A stretch of 32,751 nt of DNA from Fidelibacterota bacterium (GCA_018263365.1 JAANXI010000175.1:1-32751), one strand, 5' to 3'; positions 9,533 to 19,882 are shown, numbered from the stretch's first letter. Numbers and translations are program-made. The notes: generated by a model not told the origin, from the letters alone.

Positions 9533-10635
9533 TGCTGTATCACCTGTTATATCCGCTGCGGGAGTATGTTTCCGGACTGAATATTTTCCAGTATATCACA
9601 TTCCGGGCCGGTGCGGCCGCAATCACTGCCTTGTTTATCGCATTTATTGTTGGACCGTGGATTATCAGGAAACTCCAGTCTCACAGCATCGGAGAGGAAA
9701 TCCGGAGGGAAGGCCCGGAAACGCATTACGAAAAACACGGCACGCCAACCATGGGAGGCCTCATTATCCTCCTGGCAACGGTCATCCCAACGCTCCTGTT
9801 CGCAAACCTGCAAAACATTTATATCTACATGATACTTCTGGCGACGGTCTGGATGGGGGGCATCGGGTTTTTGGACGATTACCTCAAGGTCGTAAAAAAG
9901 TTGCCTGACGGGCTGGTTGCCAAGTACAAACTTTTGGGACAGCTCACACTGGGGATCGTCATCGGAGCCTGGATTTATACCGAACCGGCCTTTGTCGATT
10001 TCCGGAGCGCCACTACTGTCCCCTTCTTCAAGAACCTGGAAATCGATTTCGGCTTTATGTACATCCCGGTGGTAGCAATGGTGATCGCTGGGACGTCCAA
10101 TGCGGTGAATCTTACCGACGGTTTGGACGGCCTGGCCACTGGACTGCTGGCAATCAGTACCCTGGCGTTTGCCGTCATCGCCTATATCTCCGGTCGGGTG
10201 GACTTCAGCGACTATCTGAACATCATTTATCTACCTGGAGCCGGAGAACTGACGATCTATTGTACCGCCCTCATGGGTGGCTTACTGGGATTCCTCTGGT
10301 TCAATGCGAATCCGGCGATGGTTTTTATGGGCGACACGGGAGCGCTGGCAGGTGGTGCGGCGCTGGGGACCATTGCGGTGTTGGTGCGTAAAGAACTATT
10401 GTTGGTCATCATCGGTGGACTATTTGTTGCGGAGGCCCTTTCTGTTATCATGCAAACGGCTTATTTCCGTTGGACGAAAAACCGCACCGGCACGGGAAAG
10501 CGGCTATTCAGAATGGCGCCGCTGCATCATCATTTTGAGCTGAAGGGCTGGAAGGAAAATCAGGTGGTAGTGCGTTTCTGGATCATTGGAATACTGCTGG
10601 CGTTGCTCTCGCTGACCACCTTCAAAATCAGGTGA
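9532..10635 (+). CDS. mraY: phospho-N-acetylmuramoyl-pentapeptide transferase
   Basis: GTPTMGG, GFLDDYLK, NAVNLTDGLDGL, FMGDTG, MAPLHHHFE; multiple TM helices. Confidence 0.98.
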   Translation: MLYHLLYPLREYVSGLNIFQYITFRAGAAAITALFIAFIVGPWIIRKLQSHSIGEEIRREGPETHYEKHGTPTMGGLIILLATVIPTLLFANLQNIYIYMILLATVWMGGIGFLDDYLKVVKKLPDGLVAKYKLLGQLTLGIVIGAWIYTEPAFVDFRSATTVPFFKNLEIDFGFMYIPVVAMVIAGTSNAVNLTDGLDGLATGLLAISTLAFAVIAYISGRVDFSDYLNIIYLPGAGELTIYCTALMGGLLGFLWFNANPAMVFMGDTGALAGGAALGTIAVLVRKELLLVIIGGLFVAEALSVIMQTAYFRWTKNRTGTGKRLFRMAPLHHHFELKGWKENQVVVRFWIIGILLALLSLTTFKIR

Positions 10636-12022
10636 TTGCCATGCGACAACAAGACAAAATACAATCGCTTGAAAGCAGCCGGGTTATTGTGCTGGGCGCA
10701 CAGCGGAGCGGTCTGGCCGCCGCACAATTATTAAATCACTGGGGTGCCTCTGTTTTGATCTCGGATATCGCCACAGATGTCCTCTCGGAAGATGTTTTAC
10801 GCAAACTGGAGAGCATTGGCATCGAATATGAGCTTGGCGGACACTCGGAAAAGGTGTTTAATGCGGACCTGGTGATCGTTTCGCCCGGTATTCCGAACTC
10901 CGCATCGGTCATCAAGGATTTGGAAGTCAGACAGATTCCAATGATTTCAGAGGTGGAACTGGCGTCTTGGTTTGTGGATTCGCCGGTCATCGGAATTACA
11001 GGTTCCAACGGAAAAACGACAACGAGCACACTGGTGTCCCAGTTTCTCGATATCAAAGATACCGATCCAGCGCTTGTCGGTAATATTGGCAACCCGTTTG
11101 CCAATGAATTGCTGGATTATGATGAGAACGACTCAAAAAAAAAATTTTCGTAGTTGAAATGAGCAGCTTTCAGTTAGAACGGATACCGACCTTGCGACCG
11201 GATGTGGGAGTGATCCTGAACATCACTCCGGACCATCTCGATCGGTATGACTCCTTTGAGGCATATCGCGATGCGAAGATGAACATCACTGCGAATCAGA
11301 CTTCGGACGATATACTCGTTTACAATATGGACGATACCAATTTGACTCATATCAAAACAGATGCGCAATTAGTCGGATTTTCGATTGTTCCGGGGCGATC
11401 GAAGGCCGCATTCCGGTGGAACGGCGAACACATCGAATACAACGGAGAAAATCTCATGGTCTCCGCCGATTGTGCGCTGCGCGGGTCCCATAATCTGGCC
11501 AATATTCTCGCCGGGCTGAATGCCATTACTCCATTTATCACTCCGGGAAACACGGAGGAGTTCCTGGAGCATATCCAGAAGGTACTCCGGACATTCAGCG
11601 GCATCGAGCACCGGCTTGAGTACGTGGATACGGTTAATGGCGTCCAGTATTACAACGATTCCAAAGCCACGAACGTGGATGCGGTGAACTTCGCCATTTC
11701 CAGCTTCGATGAGCCGGTAATCCTGATTCTGGGTGGCTACGATAAAAACGGCGATTTCCCGCAGCTGATCCCGAATATCACAAAGCACGTGAAACACACC
11801 ATCGCCATTGGGAAAGCCCGGGGAATGATTCAGGAGGCTCTATCGATTGACGTAGATGTGGAAATGTGCGCCGATTTAGCAGAGGCAATTCAATCCGCTA
11901 CTGCAATCGCAAAATCCGGGGATGTGGTGCTCCTCTCCCCTGCCTGCGCCAGCTTCGATCAGTATGAGAACTACGAGCACAGAGGACGACACTTTAAGGA
12001 ACTGGTCAACGAAGTAGAATGA
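10632..12022 (+). CDS. murD: UDP-MurNAc-L-Ala--D-Glu ligase MurD, frameshifted at an A10 tract (11135-11144)
   Basis: The N-part (10632..11153) has VSPGIP and GITGSNGKTTT…GNIG. The C-part (11159..12022) has SSFQLE, NITPDHLDRY, HRLE, YNDSKATN, LLSPACASFDQ. One extra A restores …DSKKKIFVVEMSSFQLE. Confidence 0.93.
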
Positions 12023-13143
12023 TGCATAAACAGGCGACCTCATACGACCGCATGGTGTTCAGCGTCATCTTTATCCTGATCGGGATAGGGACTGTGATGC
12101 TGTACAGTTCCAGCTCCATGATCGCCGCGGAAAAGTACGGAAATTCCGGTTTTTTCCTTCAGCGCCACGCGATGCGACTACTCCTTGGGATGATTGCAAT
12201 GTTCATAATGATGCGCTTTGATTATCACAACCTGAAAAAGGTCTCTCCATTGATTTATGTCGGGAGCATACTGCTGCTGCTAATCACGCTGGGCTACTAC
12301 TGGTCGAACAATATCGATACCCCGGCCCGTTGGCTTCCGCTGGGATTTTTCAGCCTGCAGACCTCCGATGTGGCCAAGTACGGAATCATCATTTATCTGT
12401 CGGCCTATCTCAGCCGGCAGCAGGGGACAATCAGGTATTTCAAGCAGGGGCTGGGTCCTGCGCTCATTATGATAATGCTTTGTATCGGTCTGATTATCAT
12501 CCAGCCGGATTTCAGCACGGCGATCACCATTGGTATCATCGCCTTTTTCCTGCTCTTTCTCGGGCGCGCCAAGATTTGGCATTTGCTCTCCTTGGTTGGC
12601 GTGTTTGGCGTTGCAGCAATCGGTATAATTCTGAGTTCACCGTATAAACTGGAGCGCGTCAAAACATTTTTAAATCCAAGCAGCGACCTGGCCGATGCAG
12701 GTTATCAGATCCAGCAGTCGCTTATCAGCCTTGGCAACGGCGGCCTGTTCGGCATGGGGCTGGGCGACAGCTATGAGAAAAACCTCTTTCTCCCGGAGCC
12801 GCACACGGACTTCATCTTTGCGATTATCGGAGAGGAGCTGGGATTTATCGGCGCGGTGGCGGTCCTATTCCTCTTTCTGCTCTTCTTCCTGCAATCACTG
12901 CGGATTGCCCGGCAGTCGAAAGACCTGTTTGGGATGTATCTCGCAGCCGGTTTAAGCGCTGCTATTTTCATCTATGCGGTGATTCACGCCGGCGTGGTGA
13001 CCGGAATGCTGCCGACAACGGGGCTTCCGCTCCCGTTTATGAGTTACGGCGGCTCTCAGTTAGTAACAGGGATGGCTGCGGTCGGGGTGATTCTCAACAT
13101 TTCAAGCCAGCGCAAGATGAAAAAGGAATCGCCGGTATGGTAG
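12019..13143 (+). CDS. ftsW: SEDS peptidoglycan polymerase FtsW
   Basis: ARWL, QPDF, GYQIQQSL, FLPEPHTDFIFAIIGEELG, PTTGLPLPFMSYGGS; dcw position. Confidence 0.97.
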   Translation: MMHKQATSYDRMVFSVIFILIGIGTVMLYSSSSMIAAEKYGNSGFFLQRHAMRLLLGMIAMFIMMRFDYHNLKKVSPLIYVGSILLLLITLGYYWSNNIDTPARWLPLGFFSLQTSDVAKYGIIIYLSAYLSRQQGTIRYFKQGLGPALIMIMLCIGLIIIQPDFSTAITIGIIAFFLLFLGRAKIWHLLSLVGVFGVAAIGIILSSPYKLERVKTFLNPSSDLADAGYQIQQSLISLGNGGLFGMGLGDSYEKNLFLPEPHTDFIFAIIGEELGFIGAVAVLFLFLLFFLQSLRIARQSKDLFGMYLAAGLSAAIFIYAVIHAGVVTGMLPTTGLPLPFMSYGGSQLVTGMAAVGVILNISSQRKMKKESPVW

Positions 13144-14284
13144 CGCAGAACGGACCGATTCGGATAATGTTTGCAGGCGGCGGCACTGGCGGCCATCTCT
13201 ACCCCGCTATGCGTCTCGCAGAGGGGGCGCGGGTATTCGCCCAAAATCGCGGCTTACCGGATCCGGAAATTGCCTTCATCGGTAACGAAGATGGCCTTGA
13301 AGGGCGGATGCTCTCAGGCAAGGAAACCTTTTTCGCCATTGATGTCCAGAGCTTTCACCGGGGCAGTATCGCGACCATGATTACAAAGAATCTGGCATTC
13401 CTTGGAAAACTGCTGAAGAGTTATGTTCGGTCAAACGCCATCCTGGAAAAATTTGCTCCGGATATCATGGTTGGTACCGGCGGATACGTCAGCGGGCCGC
13501 CAGTCTATGCGGCGGCAAAGATGGAGATTCCGACGCTCATTCAGGAGCAGAATAGCTATCCAGGCGTAACAACGCGACTGCTTGCAAAGCACGCGCAGGA
13601 AATTCATGTGGCTTACGAGGAAGCAGCAGAGAGACTTGATAAAAAAAAAAGACAAAATTAACGGGTAATCCTGTCATGCAAATGCATCAGACCATCTCGC
13701 CGAATATTGCGAAGCAACATCTGGGCTTCGATCCGGAGAAGCCGCTGGTATTTATCCTGGGCGGCAGCCAGGGCGCTGAGTCCATCAACCGGCATATCGA
13801 GGAACATATTGACTGGTACACAACCCATGAAAAATTCTCTCTGCTCTGGCAGTGCGGCGAACGGAATCTTGAGAAATACATAGATTACGTCACGACGGAT
13901 GGCTCCATTCAGGTGAAGGGTTTTATCTACGAAATGGGTATGGCCTACTCTGCCAGCGATATCATTATTGCCAGGGCGGGCGCGCTTACGATCTCCGAAC
14001 TGGCAATTATCGGTAAGCCGGCCATTCTCATTCCGTTGCCGACAGCCGCCGCCAATCATCAATATCATAATGCCATGGGATACGCAAGTAATGGCGCGGC
14101 GATAGTTGTGGAGCAGGATGAACTCAAAAACGGCTTATTAGAACAATCTTTAACGGCTTTGTTAGAGACGGAAGCAAAGCGCGAGCGCATGTCCGGAAAG
14201 GCGCTGGAACACGCCAAGCCGGAAGCGACCCAGCAGATAGTTGAATCGATTTACGAATTAGCGGGATACGGCATCGATGTTTAG
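13137..14284 (+). CDS. murG: undecaprenyl-PP-MurNAc-pentapeptide GlcNAc transferase MurG, frameshifted at an A10 tract (13641-13650)
   Basis: The N-part has GGGTGGHLYP, GTGGYVSGP and EQNSYPG. The C-part frame has TGNPV, GGSQGA, ARAGALTISE, HQYHNA. One extra A restores …LDKKKKTKLTGNPV. Confidence 0.93.
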
Positions 14285-15656
14285 GAAATTCAAAAAAATA
14301 CACTTCATCGGGATTGGCGGGATCGGGATGAGCGGCATCGCTGAACTCCTGCTTAACCTCAATTTCGTGGTGACGGGTTCCGATCTCAAGATGTCGGAAA
14401 CGACGAGACACCTGGAGGAAAAAGGCGCCACGATTTTCGAAGGCCATGATCCGGATAATGTAAATCAGAGCGATGTAGTCGTTTACTCCTCTGCTGTTAC
14501 ACTGGACAATCCGGAGATCATTTCGGCGCAGGAACGGAAGATCCCGATCATCCGCCGCGCAGAGATGCTTGGTGAACTGCTCAAACTCAAGCTCTACAGC
14601 ATCGCGGTGGCCGGGACACACGGCAAAACGACCACCACTTCAATGGTCGGCAATATGATGACCGCCGGCGGTCTTGACCCGACGCTGATTATCGGCGGCA
14701 TTATTAAAAACCTGAAAAGCAATGCGCTGCTCGGTCAGGGTGATTACGTAGTGGCGGAAGCGGATGAGTTCGACCGGACATTCCTGAGCCTGACGCCAAC
14801 CATCGCCATTATCACCAATATTGAAAGGGAGCATCTTGACACCTACGAGGACCTGGAGGACCTGAAAAACGCATTTATCCGGTTCGCTAACAAGGTGCCC
14901 TTTTACGGTGTGGTGATCGCCTGCCTGGATGAGCCGAGCGTCCAGGATATTCTGCCCCGGATTTCCCGCCGGGTCATCTCTTACGGATTATCGCCCCAGG
15001 CGGATGTCCGGGCGGCGAATGTCTCCTTTTCCGAATCCGTTTCGAAGTTTGACATCTACATCCAAAATGAGAAATACGGGCGAATAACTTTGAATGTCCC
15101 CGGTGAACACAACATTAAAAACGCAACGGCAACCGTGGCCCTGGGTCTTGAACTGGGCATCGATTTCGAAGATATTAGAAGCGGCCTTGAATCGTATGAA
15201 ACGGTCAATCGGCGATTTGAATTTCGCGGGAAGCAGGACGATATCCTGTTCGTGGACGATTATGCGCATCACCCTACGGAGGTGCTCGCCACGCTGAATG
15301 CAGCAAAATCCGGCTGGAACCGGCGGGTGGTGGCCGTCTTTCAACCGCACTTATTTAGCAGAACGCGCGATTTCAAGGATGATTTTGGTAAGGCGTTCCT
15401 GCAGTCAGACGTGCTTTTTGTCACCGATGTCTACCCGTCCCGGGAAGAGCCGATTCCCGGCGTGACCGGACAGTTAATCGCTGACGCCGCGCGCGGCTTC
15501 GGGCATAAACAAGTGTTTTATATCGAAGAGAAGGAGCACCTCCCTCAGTCGGTGGCAAACGCGTTAGAGTCAGGTGATCTGGTTATCACTCTGGGAGCGG
15601 GCGACATCACGAAATACAACACGAAAATTCAGGAATACTACGAGAAGAATAATTAA
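14277..15656 (+). CDS. murC: UDP-N-acetylmuramate--L-alanine ligase
   Basis: HFIGIGGIGMSGIA, AGTHGKTTTT, EADEFD, DDYAHHPTE, FQPHLFSRT, LGAG. Confidence 0.98.
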   Translation: MFRKFKKIHFIGIGGIGMSGIAELLLNLNFVVTGSDLKMSETTRHLEEKGATIFEGHDPDNVNQSDVVVYSSAVTLDNPEIISAQERKIPIIRRAEMLGELLKLKLYSIAVAGTHGKTTTTSMVGNMMTAGGLDPTLIIGGIIKNLKSNALLGQGDYVVAEADEFDRTFLSLTPTIAIITNIEREHLDTYEDLEDLKNAFIRFANKVPFYGVVIACLDEPSVQDILPRISRRVISYGLSPQADVRAANVSFSESVSKFDIYIQNEKYGRITLNVPGEHNIKNATATVALGLELGIDFEDIRSGLESYETVNRRFEFRGKQDDILFVDDYAHHPTEVLATLNAAKSGWNRRVVAVFQPHLFSRTRDFKDDFGKAFLQSDVLFVTDVYPSREEPIPGVTGQLIADAARGFGHKQVFYIEEKEHLPQSVANALESGDLVITLGAGDITKYNTKIQEYYEKNN

Positions 15657-15664
15657 CTGAAAAA

Positions 15665-15747
15665 TTCGGGGCAAGACGAATCCTCCGGAGGGCGAAACCG
15701 GCGTACGAGGCAAAGGGCTAACTTATCCGGAGGATTCCCCGCCCCGA
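15665..15747. repeat. long imperfect inverted repeat (stem-loop) in the murC-ftsQ spacer
   Basis: TCGGGGC/GCCCCGA outer arms and perfect GAATCCTCCGGA/TCCGGAGGATTC inner arms around a 36-nt loop. Confidence 0.75.
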
Positions 15748-15762
15748 TAAATTGGCGAAACG

Positions 15763-16521
15763 ATGGAATCCGAAAACATCAAAACTTATTTGACACGCCT
15801 CCTGACTGCAGTGCTGGTCGTCGGAATGGTGGGCGGGTTTGCGTATGGCGTGTTTAAATACGCCAAAGCGATTAACCTCTTTGGATTGGAGAAGGTTGTT
15901 GTCAGCGGCGCCTCCCTGATTCCGAATGAAAAAGTACTGGAATACACGGATCTTGAATTCGGCAGGTCACTGTTTGATTTGCCGCTGGATTCCATTCAAC
16001 AGCAAATTTCTCAGAACCCGTTTGTCCTGGCAGCACAGGCGAGCAGGCAGTTTCCGCGGACGCTCTTCATCGAAGTGCATGAGCGGGAACCGATTGCATA
16101 TATCAATCATTCGGAGTTCTCGTGTGTCGATGAGTACGGATATATCATGCCCCTGCCCCCTGCCGGACTGACACTCGAAATGCCGATTTTATCAGGATTT
16201 ACTGAAGACGATACGATCAAAACAGGCGGTGTGACCGGAAATCGCCGGGTGCAACACATGGTTGAGGTATTGACGGAGATACACAAAATCTATCCGCAAC
16301 TCTATCCGGAGATTTCGGAACTCGTCGCTGCGGGACAGCAATATACGCTGTACACGGCGGACAGCGCCACCCGCGTTTACCTCGGAGAAAATGACTTACA
16401 CCACAAGGTCCGTTTACTGGAAACGTTCTGGGATACTATCGGACAAAAACGCACCTGGGCAGACTACGAATACATAGATCTCCGCTATAAGAAACAGATA
16501 ATCGTGCGCGAACGAACGTAA
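15763..16521 (+). CDS. ftsQ: cell division protein FtsQ/DivIB
   Basis: TM helix, POTRA-like region (NPFV…RQFPRTLFIEVHEREPIA), C-terminal YIDLRY; upstream of ftsA. Confidence 0.93.
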   Translation: MESENIKTYLTRLLTAVLVVGMVGGFAYGVFKYAKAINLFGLEKVVVSGASLIPNEKVLEYTDLEFGRSLFDLPLDSIQQQISQNPFVLAAQASRQFPRTLFIEVHEREPIAYINHSEFSCVDEYGYIMPLPPAGLTLEMPILSGFTEDDTIKTGGVTGNRRVQHMVEVLTEIHKIYPQLYPEISELVAAGQQYTLYTADSATRVYLGENDLHHKVRLLETFWDTIGQKRTWADYEYIDLRYKKQIIVRERT

Positions 16522-16624
16522 GGGTGAAGGTTTATGAGAGGTGTTGGGTATAGGGTAAAAAGGTATAAGGAAAACGGAAGTGGGAGGTTGGAAGCTGTAA
16601 CACTACATCACGGAAACGGCTTTT

Positions 16625-16660
16625 TACCTGACCACGTGAATACTCGAACACCTGAACACT
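16625..16660 (+). repeat. degenerate octamer tandem array (TACCTGAC CACGTGAA TACTCGAA CACCTGAA CACT)
   Basis: 8-nt periodicity read directly; same family as 20317-20364, 27211-27258 and 31839-31886. Confidence 0.6.
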
Positions 16661-16742
16661 GTGTTAACCAATATGCGCTGGGCCATGTGATACAGGCTAA
16701 AAGATTTAGAGAGAATATCAGACAGTACATCAGGATTCAATT

Positions 16743-18014
16743 ATGGTAAAAAAGACCCAAAGCAAAGATATCGTCTGCGGCGTGGATATTGGTACCACCA
16801 AGATATGTGTTCTCGTCGCTGAATCCATCGAAGATGGCGGTGATTTCAACATCATTGGCATTGGACAGCACCCCAGTAAAGGACTGCGCAAGGGTGTGGT
16901 CGTGAACCTTGAACAGACGATCACCTCCATAGAAGAAGCCGTTGGAGAAGCGGAAATGATGGCGGGCGTCGGCATCGAGAATGTTTATGTCGGTATTGCC
17001 GGGGACCACATTCGCAGCATCAACAGCACCGGCGTTATCGCTATTTCCAAGGCTGGTAAACGGCACGTCGGCGAAAATAACCTAATCACCGAACACGATA
17101 TTCAGAGGGTGCTGGACTGGGCCAAGGGCATCTCTCTCCCCATGGATCGGGAGATCCTGCATGTGCTGCCGCAGGAATACATCGTTGACGATCAACCGGG
17201 TATCAAAGATCCTATCGGGATGAGCGGCCAGCGTCTTGAAGCGCGGGTTCATATCGTGACCGGCGCTATTGCGTCAGCAAAAAATATCGTGAATTGTATT
17301 AAGGGCGCAGGCTTGACAGTGCAGGACCTCGTGCTGGAACCTTTGGCCTCTTCTTATGCTGTCCTCGATGAGGATGAGAAGGACCTGGGCGTTGCCCTTA
17401 TTGATATCGGCGGTGGCACTACGGATGTTGCCGTGTTTTTCGAAGGCGGCGTGCAGCACACCGGCGTCATCGGACTGGGCGGCGAAAACGTAACCAAAGA
17501 CCTGGCACACATGCTGCGCACGCCAATGCACGAGGCCGAGGAAATTAAGATCAACCACGGCTGCGCAAAGATATCGGTGGCCTCCAATGATGACATGTTT
17601 GAGGTGCCGGGTATCGGTGGCCGGGGGACAAAAGAGATCAACCAGGAAATCCTGGCTGAATACATCGAGCCGCGTATGGAAGAAATCCTGAAAATGGCGA
17701 AACAGGAAATCCACAAGGCCGAATGCTGGCCGCACCTGTCGGCGGGAGTGGTGCTCACCGGCGGCGGGTCAATGTTGGGTGGTTTAGTAGATCTTGGAGA
17801 AGAAGTCTTTGATGCGCCGGTGAAACAAGGCGGCGCACAAATCAGCGGTAATCTGCTGGACAAAAAGAAAACGCCTATGTATGCCACTAGTATCGGTTTG
17901 GTGAAATACGGGATGGACAGCCACCGGTCACCTGTCTCGTTTCAGGGCGACGAAAATAAGGTATTTAATCGCATCATGGAACGGATGCGGGATTGGTTTA
18001 ACGAATTCTTTTAA
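16743..18014 (+). CDS. ftsA: cell division protein FtsA
   Basis: DIGTTKI, GLRKGVV, DIGGGTTD, VTKDLA, AEEIK, VLTGGGS. Confidence 0.98.
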   Translation: MVKKTQSKDIVCGVDIGTTKICVLVAESIEDGGDFNIIGIGQHPSKGLRKGVVVNLEQTITSIEEAVGEAEMMAGVGIENVYVGIAGDHIRSINSTGVIAISKAGKRHVGENNLITEHDIQRVLDWAKGISLPMDREILHVLPQEYIVDDQPGIKDPIGMSGQRLEARVHIVTGAIASAKNIVNCIKGAGLTVQDLVLEPLASSYAVLDEDEKDLGVALIDIGGGTTDVAVFFEGGVQHTGVIGLGGENVTKDLAHMLRTPMHEAEEIKINHGCAKISVASNDDMFEVPGIGGRGTKEINQEILAEYIEPRMEEILKMAKQEIHKAECWPHLSAGVVLTGGGSMLGGLVDLGEEVFDAPVKQGGAQISGNLLDKKKTPMYATSIGLVKYGMDSHRSPVSFQGDENKVFNRIMERMRDWFNEFF

Positions 18015-18064
18015 TCAGAAATTGAATTTCGGACAAGACAAGCAAACGGAAAGAGGAGGACCAT

Positions 18065-19249
18065 ATGTTATTTGAATTTGATGACTTCATAGACCAGAAG
18101 GCGGTCATGAAAGTAGTTGGTGTCGGCGGCGCCGGCGGCAACGCGCTGAACCGGATGATAAGCGCCAACCTGCAAGGGGTGGAGTTTATCGCAGTAAACA
18201 CGGACTCCCAGGCACTGGACAACAATAATGCCCAAACGAAGATCCAAATAGGCAAAAACCTGACGAAAGGTCTGGGAGCCGGAGCCAATATGGAAGTCGG
18301 TCGCCGCGCCATAGAAGAGGATCGCGATGCAGTCGCCGGCGCACTGTCCGGTGCGGATATGATTTTTGTCGCGGCTGGCATGGGCGGCGGTACCGGTACG
18401 GGTGCTGCGCCGATTGTGGCGGAAATCGCCAAAGAACTGGGCGCGCTCACGATCGGAATAATTACCAAGCCGTTCGTGTTTGAAGGGCCTAAGCGGATGA
18501 AGCGGGCGGAGTCCGGTATTGATGAGCTGAAGGTGAATGTCGATACCCTGATTGTGATTCCGAACCAGCGACTGTTGGCCATTGCGGATAAAAAGACCTC
18601 CATGACAGAAGCATTTCAGCTGGCTGACAGCATTTTGATGCAGTCCACCAAGGGCATTTCGAGCCTTATCAACGTGCCCGGGCTGATTAACCTCGACTTT
18701 GCTGACGTCCGCACGGTGATGATGGATATGGGCGATGCGATCATGGGTACCGGAATTGCCACCGGCGAAGAACGGGCGGCACTAGCAGCGCAGCAGGCAA
18801 TCTCAAGTCCATTGCTGGACGATGTGAAAATCACGGGCGCGCAAGGGGTGCTGGTCAACATCACCGGCGGTGAAGACCTGGCGCTTATGGAAGTGGACGA
18901 AGCCACATCCATCATCTACGAGGAAGCCGGCGAAGACGCGAACATCATCTTTGGTGCAGTTATAGACCCCAACATGGAAGATGAAATCAATGTGACGGTT
19001 ATTGCTACCGGCTTTAACAAGGAGCGCCATGATTTCTCCCGGTTCAACCGTGAGGAACAGCAGAAAAAAGAGATCGAAAAGAAGGCGGGCAATAATCTCG
19101 AATTGCCAACCTATCAGCGGAAACAATACGAAAAAGAACAGTCGAAGAAAAACGGACAGGCTCAAGAGAAAAAGGAGGATTACCAGGAGACGCTCTACTT
19201 CGATGACGACCTGGAAGTACCGGCATTCATCCGGAAACAGATGAAATAA
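18065..19249 (+). CDS. ftsZ: cell division protein FtsZ
   Basis: [19 protein letters not shown] tubulin signature, INLDFADV, C-terminal [10 protein letters not shown]; GGAGG RBS. Confidence 0.99.
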   Translation: MLFEFDDFIDQKAVMKVVGVGGAGGNALNRMISANLQGVEFIAVNTDSQALDNNNAQTKIQIGKNLTKGLGAGANMEVGRRAIEEDRDAVAGALSGADMIFVAAGMGGGTGTGAAPIVAEIAKELGALTIGIITKPFVFEGPKRMKRAESGIDELKVNVDTLIVIPNQRLLAIADKKTSMTEAFQLADSILMQSTKGISSLINVPGLINLDFADVRTVMMDMGDAIMGTGIATGEERAALAAQQAISSPLLDDVKITGAQGVLVNITGGEDLALMEVDEATSIIYEEAGEDANIIFGAVIDPNMEDEINVTVIATGFNKERHDFSRFNREEQQKKEIEKKAGNNLELPTYQRKQYEKEQSKKNGQAQEKKEDYQETLYFDDDLEVPAFIRKQMK

Positions 19250-19374
19250 ACGGTTCTCTTGCAACCATGGGATTACTCAACCGCAGAGTTCTCACACACA
19301 GGCGTTCGGCATTCCGTTTCTATTCGTAGATCGGGGAATCTGCACGCCTCCGTTTGCTTGTCCAATGCAGTAAC

Positions 19375-19411
19375 AAAAAAAGCCCTGACCGTAACGGCCA
19401 GGGCTTTTTTT
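19375..19411. terminator. bidirectional rho-independent terminator between convergent ftsZ and rpmB
   Basis: A7-GCCCTG-ACCGTAACGGC-CAGGGC-T7. Confidence 0.9.
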
Positions 19412-19432
19412 ACTTCAAATACTGCCGGGATG

Positions 19433-19645
19433 TTATCCCATTTTGTGGGTATGGCTAACTGCCTTTTTCACCCTTCCCTGCTTAATGCAGGATGTACAGA
19501 CTTTCATCCGCTTATGCGTGCCGTTCACGTCCACGCGAATTTTCTGCAAATTCGGCATAAAGCGTCGTTTTGTTCTGTTATTCGCGTGACTCACGTTATT
19601 TCCGACTTTCGGGCCTTTCCCACACACTTCACATACTTGCGCCAT
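19433..19645 (-). CDS. rpmB: 50S ribosomal protein L28 (zinc-ribbon C+ form)
   Basis: [34 protein letters not shown]…VCTSCIK; start at the second ATG (19645). Confidence 0.97.
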   Translation of the reverse strand: MAQVCEVCGKGPKVGNNVSHANNRTKRRFMPNLQKIRVDVNGTHKRMKVCTSCIKQGRVKKAVSHTHKMG

Positions 19646-19882
19646 TATTTTCTCCGTCATTCCTTGAATTCAAAAATCGTTAAAATTTAGACGTTCACAA
19701 TCGAAAAGCAAGCGGTAAAGCGTTTTCTGCTCAGAAAACGCGGATAGAACCGCCCGAATCGATCCCCGCCGTGGCGGTGTCATTGCCGGTGAATTCATAA
19801 AAGCGTCAGTGAAGGTGGATTTCTTGAATCCCACGCCCTCGCTCAAACCCACTTCGCGGACTTTAAGCGGGTTTTCCATTAG

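Noticed and set aside
15665-15747. c-di-GMP-I riboswitch, SRP RNA or HDV-like ribozyme identity for the murC-ftsQ hairpin
   Set aside because: Only fragmentary resemblance; the required helices and conserved cores could not be built.
16534-16749. 71-aa ORF in the ftsQ-ftsA spacer
   Set aside because: Translation of low-complexity repeat tracts; no family resemblance.
19259-19690. 143-aa plus-strand ORF after ftsZ
   Set aside because: Crosses the terminator and is antisense to rpmB.
19786-19801. CCGGTGAATTCATAAA as a further IS1380-type TIR
   Set aside because: Only a partial match in AT-rich sequence, with no partner end or target duplication.
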